The notes below the pieces were generated by a model, which saw only the letters and a list, made by a program, of their open reading frames with translations, was not told where the DNA came from and did not search any database. From the IMG/VR virus record IMGVR_UViG_3300030102_007788, positions 1 to 64,000 of that record: a stretch of 64,000 nt of DNA, one strand, 5' to 3'. This DNA is from a virus. This document shows, piece after piece, positions 56,910 to 64,000 of this stretch. A program made the position numbers and the translations under genes. Numbering within the stretch: position 1 is the first letter of the stretch; every line of letters starts with the position of its first letter.

Positions 56910-57267
56910 GTATATTTACGAACACCCTGAAACCGGCGAAAAAATAACTGTTTGGCAGACTATTCACGAGGCTCATGAATATGAAGTCGATGGAGTTGCT
57001 TATAACAGGGTTTATACGGTACCTAACGCTTCAATAGATACAAAGATTGACCCTTTTTCTCAAAAAGAATTTAGGGAGAAAGCTAAAGCTTCAACTATTG
57101 GAGACCTGTGGGATCAGTCAGCGGAAGCTTCCGAGAAAAGAACTGAGAAGCTTGGGCACGATCCTGTTAAGCAAAAACATTTTGAGGACTATTCCAAGAA
57201 AAATAAAGGCGCCAAACATCCACTAGACAGAGGTAAAGTGGATAATTCCAACTTTACTCTTGAATGA
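56902..57267 (+). CDS. FmdB-like small protein lacking Zn cysteines
   Basis: MP.Y.YE...TGE...V...RV..VP pattern; GGAG RBS. Confidence 0.55.
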   Translation: MPEYIYEHPETGEKITVWQTIHEAHEYEVDGVAYNRVYTVPNASIDTKIDPFSQKEFREKAKASTIGDLWDQSAEASEKRTEKLGHDPVKQKHFEDYSKKNKGAKHPLDRGKVDNSNFTLE

Positions 57268-58145
57268 TAAAATATACCGTAATAGACGACTCCGCTATAC
57301 AGCTAGGAGGCACGTCACTTACTTTAGAGGCCATAACAGAGCCTTTTAAAGATGAGTGTGAGTTTATTACGACTTCAGAGTTAACAAAAACTCATTTACA
57401 ATTCAAGCACCCTAAAGTTTGGATTATAGGTAACACCTTAGGACTCTCTAGAGAATCTTATGAGTCATTATTAGAGGTTATAAAAAATAGAACTTCTATT
57501 AAAATAGATTTTGATTATGGATTTTGCAGGTTCAGAGGGCCAACCCCGCACCGCGTTTTAGGTAAAAAAGAGTGCGATTGTCTGGTAAACTCAGAAACAG
57601 CAACACTAAAAAATTTATACTACCAAATAAAAGAAAACAGCTCCGCTGTCTTCTACATGTCAGAGGCGCAACGTCAGATTCATCAACAGGCAATTGGCAT
57701 AAAAGATGAGCAGTCTATAGTTTTATCATCCTGTTTTACTAGCGATTCTTTCAAAAAAATGAAAGAGTACAGAAGTAAGCTTAAATCAGAAAAGTATGCA
57801 GTGATTGATGGCCATCAAGGCTGGCACTCTGAAGCTAAAGGTGTTACAAAGTCAATTAATTATGCCGTGACTAAAAATTTAGCTTACGATGTGTTTAAAA
57901 CAGACACGCATGACGAAATGCTTGATAAACTAAGTGAGTATAAAGGATTAATATTTTTACCCACTATCGAAGATACCTGCCCTAGGATAACCATCGAAGC
58001 GAAACTTATGGGCTTGGAAGTTATAACAAATGAAAACTCCCAGCACACCTCTGAAAGCTGGTGGAACTTCAGTTTAGAGAAGATGGAAGAATACTTAAAA
58101 GAAAGGCCAGAATTATTACATCAAAAACTCATAAGTTTGAGTTAA
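57264..58145 (+). CDS. Glycosyltransferase-like protein (GT-B)
   Basis: GGT.LT, KGV, FLP..EDTCPR.TIEAKLMGLEVITN. Confidence 0.75.
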   Translation: MIKYTVIDDSAIQLGGTSLTLEAITEPFKDECEFITTSELTKTHLQFKHPKVWIIGNTLGLSRESYESLLEVIKNRTSIKIDFDYGFCRFRGPTPHRVLGKKECDCLVNSETATLKNLYYQIKENSSAVFYMSEAQRQIHQQAIGIKDEQSIVLSSCFTSDSFKKMKEYRSKLKSEKYAVIDGHQGWHSEAKGVTKSINYAVTKNLAYDVFKTDTHDEMLDKLSEYKGLIFLPTIEDTCPRITIEAKLMGLEVITNENSQHTSESWWNFSLEKMEEYLKERPELLHQKLISLS

Positions 58146-58882
58146 TTGCTAGGATTCATGGTGACTGTTTGCATAACATTAAAAGGTTAGTATCTAGTGT
58201 TTTAGTCCAAAGTCATTATAATTTTAGGCTTCATTTAGCTATCGACAAAACCTCTAACGAGGTTATTTCTTTATGCAGGCAGATAGAATCTGACCCTCAG
58301 TGCGTTATGCCTTTTCCCGTCGATTACCCATCCGGTACAATAAAAGTCTGGGAAAACAATGGTGACCGACTTTACGCTGTAGCCAACACGGCTCGCGTTT
58401 TAGATTCTCTTAACGATATAGATTCAATTATAGGAGTCATAGATGCTGACGACCAACTCTGTGAAAGGAGCGCTTTACAGTGGGTCAACAGACTTTACAA
58501 TAACGCAAATTTAGGCGCTGTTTGGACATCAAACATCTGGGAGCCGTATGGTATTAATTTATGTTCAAACAATTTAGATGACTCTCAAGATGTATATAAA
58601 CATCCTTGGGTAAGTAGTCACTTCAGAACCTTCAAGCTCGGATATTATAAAAGAGTTAATCCAGATAATTTTAAAGATGAAAATGGCGACTGGATGAAAA
58701 GGTGCGAAGACCAAACTTTTATGCTTCCCATTATCCACGTAATTCATAAAAATAACGAGCACACACATTTTTTAGAAAATCCATGTTATCTGTATAGAGG
58801 ATATCAAGAGATAGGTGGTGAAGCGCATCAATACCAAATGCAATTAGAAAAATTTATAAGAAATAGAGGTTTTGTAGAATGA
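58061..58882 (+). CDS. Glycosyltransferase family 2-like protein (start uncertain)
   Basis: SVLVQSH.NF, IDADDQL (DxD), SHFRTFK, ED..FMLP. Confidence 0.75.
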   Translation: MELQFREDGRILKRKARIITSKTHKFELIARIHGDCLHNIKRLVSSVLVQSHYNFRLHLAIDKTSNEVISLCRQIESDPQCVMPFPVDYPSGTIKVWENNGDRLYAVANTARVLDSLNDIDSIIGVIDADDQLCERSALQWVNRLYNNANLGAVWTSNIWEPYGINLCSNNLDDSQDVYKHPWVSSHFRTFKLGYYKRVNPDNFKDENGDWMKRCEDQTFMLPIIHVIHKNNEHTHFLENPCYLYRGYQEIGGEAHQYQMQLEKFIRNRGFVE

Positions 58883-59829
58883 GTTTTAGTTTTTATATAA
58901 ATAACTGTAGTCCGACAGGCGGTCCCGGTATTTTTGGAGGCCGTCTTAAAAAGCAGTTTGAAAAAAATGGTCATAAATTTGTAGACCCATATGTGTCCGG
59001 GGAAGTTCCTGAAAAAAATATCTCTATTATACAAGGGGAGAGAATACCGGGATGTCCTTTTAACATGCTTAGGCTAGATGGTCTTTATTTTGATTCGGAT
59101 AATCCCAATAATGATCAAATGAATTCGGGTATTTTTAAGAGCTTTGACGAAGCAGACTATATAGTTTACCAGTCCGAGTTCTCAAAAGAAATGTATCACG
59201 CTTTTTACAAGGATAAACCTTTTACTATTATTGCTAATGGTATAGACCAGCAAGATTTTATTTCAAACGCGAAGCCTATAAAGTATGAAAATCCAGTTTT
59301 TTCCAAATACGAAAAAATATGCGTTGCTTCAGCTTCTTGGCGCAGGCATAAAAGGTTAGAAGAAACTATAGAGGCATTTAAAGACCCTAAACTTAAAAAC
59401 GTATTACTGATTGCGTTAGGAGGTTTTGAATATATAAAAGACAAATCTTCAATACCTGAGAATGTTATACTAACACCTTTACTGAAACCTAACGATACTG
59501 CCTCTATTTATACAATGGCTGATGCTATGATTCATTTAGCTTGGTTAGATTGGTGTCCAAATACTGTTGTAGAGGCCTTGTCTTGCGGAGCTCCAGTTCT
59601 ATGCTCTCATAACGGTGGTACTAAGGAGCTAGTTAAAGATGACGGAGTAGTTATTCAGCTAGAAGAAGACTATGATATAGGCACTAAAGTTCCTCTTTAC
59701 AACCCACCAAAAGTAGATACAAAAATAATTGTTGATGGTGTTTTAGAGGTTATAGAAAAATCAACGCTTTTTGATAGGCCTGATCTAGATATTAGTTACG
59801 TAGCTAATCAATACGAGGAACACTTATGA
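58879..59829 (+). CDS. Glycosyltransferase family 4-like protein
   Basis: GGP..F, VYQSEFS, I.NGID, HKRL, D.CPNTVVEALSCG.PV....GGTKELV. Confidence 0.88.
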   Translation: MSFSFYINNCSPTGGPGIFGGRLKKQFEKNGHKFVDPYVSGEVPEKNISIIQGERIPGCPFNMLRLDGLYFDSDNPNNDQMNSGIFKSFDEADYIVYQSEFSKEMYHAFYKDKPFTIIANGIDQQDFISNAKPIKYENPVFSKYEKICVASASWRRHKRLEETIEAFKDPKLKNVLLIALGGFEYIKDKSSIPENVILTPLLKPNDTASIYTMADAMIHLAWLDWCPNTVVEALSCGAPVLCSHNGGTKELVKDDGVVIQLEEDYDIGTKVPLYNPPKVDTKIIVDGVLEVIEKSTLFDRPDLDISYVANQYEEHL

Positions 59830-60722
59830 AAAATTATAACGCTTGTATTTCTTATATATCCTCACGAGAGAACTGTATAGGTAACTCTCTAAAGTCACTA
59901 CATGATAACTTTAATTATAAATACAACTACCCTGTCTACGTTCATTATTTTGACGATATATATTCTCATCCCGATTTACTAAAGTCAGTACATGAGCAAA
60001 TAGGTGATTACATCCAATTTATCAAAATAGATTATAACACCCCAAAACATGTAAAAAAGGAAGACTTATTTTTTAATAGAGATTTGTGGTATGTGAATAA
60101 TCATTTTTCCGTACATAGGATTGGTTACTTGCATATGTGTCATTTTGTTAGCAACATGTTTGAGTATCCCAACACTAAGTTTCATGAGTATGATTACGTA
60201 ATGGTTCATGACGATGAAGCTGGATACAATTCAGAATTACCTTACAACCCATTTGAAATTCTCTCTGAGCGGGAAGAATTTTTAGGTAGTTTTAAATCAG
60301 GCCAAAGGTTAAGAGACGGCAAACCTCACCAAGGTCACTTAGACACTAGAATTGGTCTTTGTGAACTAACAGTTAATTTCTTAAAAAAGAATAACATAAC
60401 CCCTAAAAATAAAAAGTTATTAAATTTGTTAGATAGCGATACTGCTGAAAGTGACTTTCACTTTTTAGATTGGTGCGACACTTACGTCCTTAAAACATCA
60501 ATGTTTAAAACTGATATATGGAAACTCTGGATAAAGGAGGTGAACGAAAGTGGAGGTATCTACAAATACCGCTGGGGAGACAATGAAATAATTAGCCTAT
60601 TTGCGCATTTTGTTCAAGAGGAAATTTTTGATTTTAAAGCTGTTGAGGAGGGATACCACGACTTAGGTAAATACAGAAGACTACAAGACACCGCGCCAAG
60701 TGTGCAAGACCTAAATAAATGA
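59826..60722 (+). CDS. GT15 (Kre2/Mnt1 alpha-1,2-mannosyltransferase)-like protein
   Basis: SL..NFN..Y.YP, GYLHMCHF, YDY, GGIYKYRWGD resemble the GT15 signatures Y.HMCR and GG.FY.RWGDA. Confidence 0.75.
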   Translation: MKNYNACISYISSRENCIGNSLKSLHDNFNYKYNYPVYVHYFDDIYSHPDLLKSVHEQIGDYIQFIKIDYNTPKHVKKEDLFFNRDLWYVNNHFSVHRIGYLHMCHFVSNMFEYPNTKFHEYDYVMVHDDEAGYNSELPYNPFEILSEREEFLGSFKSGQRLRDGKPHQGHLDTRIGLCELTVNFLKKNNITPKNKKLLNLLDSDTAESDFHFLDWCDTYVLKTSMFKTDIWKLWIKEVNESGGIYKYRWGDNEIISLFAHFVQEEIFDFKAVEEGYHDLGKYRRLQDTAPSVQDLNK

Positions 60723-61654
60723 CCTTTTACATCATAGAGCCTCATTTTCACTATCAACAGTTTTCTTATTATTCTACATTAGCAAAAGAAATAGTAAAAA
60801 ATGAAGATGCCCAAGTAGCCCTAAATCCAAATTCTATCCAAGACATACCAGAATCTCTTTCTAAAGAGAATTGTATTTTTTTAGGCTTGGGTTTTTTCGA
60901 TAGCAAATGCTATGAAAAACATTTTTCTAACTTCCTGAATACAAAGGCTTTAAAAATAGCATACTTGCATAAAGTAAAAAACTCCTATCAAGAAAAAATA
61001 AACTTCTGCAAAAGCCATAAGGTAGATTTGATTCTAACTTCCACCCCCTTAGAAAAAGAAATACAAGAAGATTCAGGTATACGAACTTTCACTTTACCAT
61101 ATGGAGCAGATCCCAATACTTTCAATATTGCCCCTGATGTTAAAAAACAATATGACATAAGCTTCAGCGGCGCTATGCATGAAAACAAGCAGGGTGTACC
61201 AGAAGAATTATTAAACATAAGATTTAAAGCGCGTGATCTTATCAAAGAAAGAAAAGACTTGTCTATTTTTTGGAATGGCTCTGACGACCCCAGTCAATCC
61301 TATAGAATGTCCCAGCCTGAATATGTCAAAAAACTAAATCAAAGCAAGATCTGGTATGCTGCGACTGGGCCAGCTTGGGACATGAACCCTCGTCATTCTG
61401 AAATTTTATTTTGCGGAGCTGTTTTGCTTACAAACGAAACCCCTAGCGGTTATTATGACCAATGGGAGGACGGTTTTAATTGTGTTCGATACAAGACGGA
61501 TCTGTCAAATCTTAATGAAAAAATAAATGAAGCGTTAGAAAAACAAGAATTTATAAGCAAAAACGCATATAATTTTGCGTTAGATAATTTAACTCCTAAT
61601 AAAATTTACGAAAGACTTAAGTGGATAATAAAGCAAAATTTAAAGATAATTTAA
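60719..61654 (+). CDS. Glycosyltransferase (CgeB/Glyco_trans_1_2-like)
   Basis: LPYGADP, YDISFSG, Y...LNQSKI, R..EI..CGA.LLT, DG.NC. Confidence 0.8.
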   Translation: MTFYIIEPHFHYQQFSYYSTLAKEIVKNEDAQVALNPNSIQDIPESLSKENCIFLGLGFFDSKCYEKHFSNFLNTKALKIAYLHKVKNSYQEKINFCKSHKVDLILTSTPLEKEIQEDSGIRTFTLPYGADPNTFNIAPDVKKQYDISFSGAMHENKQGVPEELLNIRFKARDLIKERKDLSIFWNGSDDPSQSYRMSQPEYVKKLNQSKIWYAATGPAWDMNPRHSEILFCGAVLLTNETPSGYYDQWEDGFNCVRYKTDLSNLNEKINEALEKQEFISKNAYNFALDNLTPNKIYERLKWIIKQNLKII

Positions 61655-62475
61655 AGCTTATAGAGATAGAAATTTTTTCTTTCTGTAATAGGAAGTGCTG
61701 GTTTTGCCCCAACTCTTATGTGGATCGTATTTCAGAAACAACTTTCATGAATGAGGAAGTATATTTAGGCCTCATCAAACAACTTCAGGAAATAGATTAT
61801 TCAGGCGAGTTAACATACAGCAGATACAACGAGCCCCTTTCTTACCGAGAAGTTTTTACTAAAAGAGTAAAACAAGCTCGTAAACTTTTACCAAATGCAA
61901 CCTTAAGAACAAATACTAACGGAGATTATATAACTAGAGATTACATAGAAGAGCTTTGTGACATAGGGCTAGATCAACTTTGGATTCAACAGTATTTAGC
62001 TAATCAAGAAAGGTACAATCATGCTAAAGTAAAATCAAAAATGATATCTAAAATTAAAAAATTAGACTTACCTTACGAAACGCTTGTTGATATAGAAGGC
62101 TGTAAAATAGAGTTTGACCTCTCTCACAGGGATACCACAATTCACCTTAGGGCAAGAAACTTTGCGATTGACGGATCTAGCAGAGGAGGTACCGTACCTA
62201 TTGCAGAGCAGTACACAAGAACACAACGATGCCTTCAGCCGTTTCATAATATGTACATTGATTACAACGGGCACGTTATGGTGTGTTGCGCCCTAAGGTC
62301 TGACGTGGAGCCTTACGACGAAGGTAGAATGGGGCACATAAACCAAGGTAAATTATGGGACATACATTCTAGCGACACCTATAAACCTTGGAGGGAGCAC
62401 CATAAAGAAGACGGCCCCAAAGAGGGGGTTTGCAAAACTTGCAGAGACAATGTCAAGCCATCTTATCTAGAATGA
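61621..62475 (+). CDS. Radical SAM protein with SPASM/twitch domain
   Basis: CNRKCWFC (CxxxCxxC), NEPL, TNGD, C..PF..MYID.NG.V..CC...C..C. Confidence 0.92.
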   Translation: MDNKAKFKDNLKLIEIEIFSFCNRKCWFCPNSYVDRISETTFMNEEVYLGLIKQLQEIDYSGELTYSRYNEPLSYREVFTKRVKQARKLLPNATLRTNTNGDYITRDYIEELCDIGLDQLWIQQYLANQERYNHAKVKSKMISKIKKLDLPYETLVDIEGCKIEFDLSHRDTTIHLRARNFAIDGSSRGGTVPIAEQYTRTQRCLQPFHNMYIDYNGHVMVCCALRSDVEPYDEGRMGHINQGKLWDIHSSDTYKPWREHHKEDGPKEGVCKTCRDNVKPSYLE

Positions 62476-63248
62476 AAACAGCGGTACTTATAACAGGTCA
62501 ACTTAGAGACTATAAGATAAATTGCCTTAACCATGTCAAGCATCTTATAGAACCCAACAACGCAGATGTTTTTGTTTATGCATGCACTCAAAATACTATT
62601 CACAACTGCGGTAAGAGTCTAGACCAGAAATATTATAGAACTGCTAACTATGGCAAAGATGAGATAATTGATAATGTAAGTGAAATATATGGCAATTACT
62701 TAAAACTTGTAGAAGTAGATGAAAATGAAAAGTTAACGGAGGATGACTTTGGCACACTTGGATATTTCAGAACAAGGATGCAAAACCAAATAGATAACAT
62801 AGGCAAAGGTTTTGCTATGGCTAAGTCCCATGACGATTATGACGTTATAATTAGATGCAGACCTGACAACTCTATGTACTTGCAGCCTGTCAAAGTTAAG
62901 GATTTCCCTTTTAACGACACTACAATATATAGCACGGTTTTTATGCCATCTAGGCATAGGGATTTATGTTTTTTTGCGATGGCTAACCCACACGTATTTG
63001 AAAAATACTGCTCTTACGAATACCTTAAAGGGGAAGACCCAAATAGAAAGGATAGTAACTTTTTATGCACGGAGCACGCTTGGGAGGGGTATTTAATGCA
63101 AAACGGCATAAATGTTCAATATATACCAGATGTATGCAGGCCATTCACTCAATTTGACAAAAGCACAAAAGTAGCAGATTTCCCATACAGAAACGAAAAA
63201 GAAAAGTTGGTGGATCATCACGGAAATTGGGTAGATCAAGTAATATAA
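62472..63248 (+). CDS. Putative glycosyltransferase (K.A....GQ.R family); start re-assigned to ATG 62472
   Basis: MKTAVLITGQLR, DVF, YDVIIR.RPD; ATGA overlap with the radical SAM gene. Confidence 0.65.
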   Translation: MKTAVLITGQLRDYKINCLNHVKHLIEPNNADVFVYACTQNTIHNCGKSLDQKYYRTANYGKDEIIDNVSEIYGNYLKLVEVDENEKLTEDDFGTLGYFRTRMQNQIDNIGKGFAMAKSHDDYDVIIRCRPDNSMYLQPVKVKDFPFNDTTIYSTVFMPSRHRDLCFFAMANPHVFEKYCSYEYLKGEDPNRKDSNFLCTEHAWEGYLMQNGINVQYIPDVCRPFTQFDKSTKVADFPYRNEKEKLVDHHGNWVDQVI

Positions 63249-64000
63249 TGCAGCCTGTTATAAGAGTAGACTTTACCGTAGGGTTTGGTAATAACTTATT
63301 CCAATTTGTTTACGCTAAATTATTAGCTGAAAAAATCGGAGCCAAGATTTATATTCTCTCTCCTATTACAGACTACTTTGGAATAGATTGCCTAGACTTG
63401 CTAGTAGCAGACGACACCTATGAAAATGTTTCTGTATATTTTTCTAGTAAAATTTTTGAAAACGGGCTTCCCTTAAAACAGGTGACTACCGAGCAGCAGG
63501 CTAAGACCGAGCTAGAGAACCCTTCAAAGTGCAACTATTTACTTAATGGTTATTTCGAAGATTATACGTTATACGAAACCCATCTTGAAAAAATTAGATC
63601 TTGGTTTATTAGACCTGATGTTATAGATAAAGAAAATGCAGTCTTGCATCTAAGGTTAGGAGATAGGTTATTCATCCCCACAACTTACCAACAGGAAAGT
63701 CTTCTTACTTTCGATAAGTATAAACGCGGCTTAGATCAAATGGATTTTGACAAACTTTACATTGTTTCTGACCTACCTGAGTGGAGGCATTTTAAATATG
63801 ATGAGCTTTTACAATACAGATACCACGTTAAGGTTGAGGAAAATACTCTCGAAATGTCTGCAAAAGCTGCTAATTACGTAAACGAATTAGTTGAAAAATT
63901 TTCAAATTCATATAAAATAAGCTTTTGTAACGGTAATCTTAGTTCTGATTTTTATAAGATTATGAGCTACGATAAAATTATTTTTGGCTATAGCACTTTC
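63248..64000 (+). CDS. GT11 alpha-1,2-fucosyltransferase-like protein, 3'-truncated
   Basis: Read by hand from ATG 63248: GFGNNLFQ, LNGYFEDY, HLRLGD, IVSD, DF..IMS.D.II...STF; open to the end of the window. Confidence 0.85.
   Translation, partial: MQPVIRVDFTVGFGNNLFQFVYAKLLAEKIGAKIYILSPITDYFGIDCLDLLVADDTYENVSVYFSSKIFENGLPLKQVTTEQQAKTELENPSKCNYLLNGYFEDYTLYETHLEKIRSWFIRPDVIDKENAVLHLRLGDRLFIPTTYQQESLLTFDKYKRGLDQMDFDKLYIVSDLPEWRHFKYDELLQYRYHVKVEENTLEMSAKAANYVNELVEKFSNSYKISFCNGNLSSDFYKIMSYDKIIFGYSTF

Noticed and set aside
1-64000. Alternative genetic code (stop-codon reassignment)
   Set aside because: Standard code 11 gives full-length, densely packed genes, and TAA, TAG and TGA all act as stops.
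41984-64000. Bacterial chromosomal LPS/capsule locus (prophage flank)
   Set aside because: The genes are interleaved with phage-type RNR, dUTPase, dNMP kinase, sigma factor and SSB-like genes. No flippase, polymerase, housekeeping genes, integrase or att site were seen.

Overview
This window is a 64-kb segment of a large, AT-rich tailed dsDNA phage (Caudoviricetes, siphovirus-type tail). No rRNA, tRNA, CRISPR array, integrase or transposase was recognised. From left to right it contains: (1) three long GNVGIGT-repeat tail fibre genes, the first truncated by the window edge; (2) neck and tail-completion genes, two tandem paralogous tail-tube genes, two paralogous tail-chaperone-like genes and a 2183-aa tape measure protein (TMP); (3) a lambda-like tail-tip module (M-L-K-I-J) on the opposite strand, transcribed divergently from three more tube-fold genes and a 1122-aa IPT/TIG-repeat protein; (4) a minus-strand accessory and nucleotide-metabolism block: 2OG-Fe(II) oxygenase, orphan Xre/MbcA/ParS antitoxin domain, DegT aminotransferase, a GspC-like and prepilin-like pair, pyrophosphatase, a DUF2589 pair, class Ic-like RNR, Hsp20, dUTPase and dCMP deaminase; (5) a ~420-bp structured intergenic region at a strand switch; (6) dNMP kinase, a phage sigma factor, an SSB-like protein and a glycosyltransferase/radical-SAM island running off the right edge. 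The pilin, GspC-like and R2c genes suggest a PVC-group host, probably Verrucomicrobia (inference). The most interesting signals are a TMP with repeated GFVPNF motifs flanking a PD-(D/E)xK-like insert, five double-domain tube paralogs, a pilin-like protein with a CxxCH motif, a candidate structured RNA or origin, a GTGTAW late-promoter motif with a candidate cognate sigma factor, and a possible virion glycosylation system. All family assignments come from motifs recognised by eye; no database searches were run.
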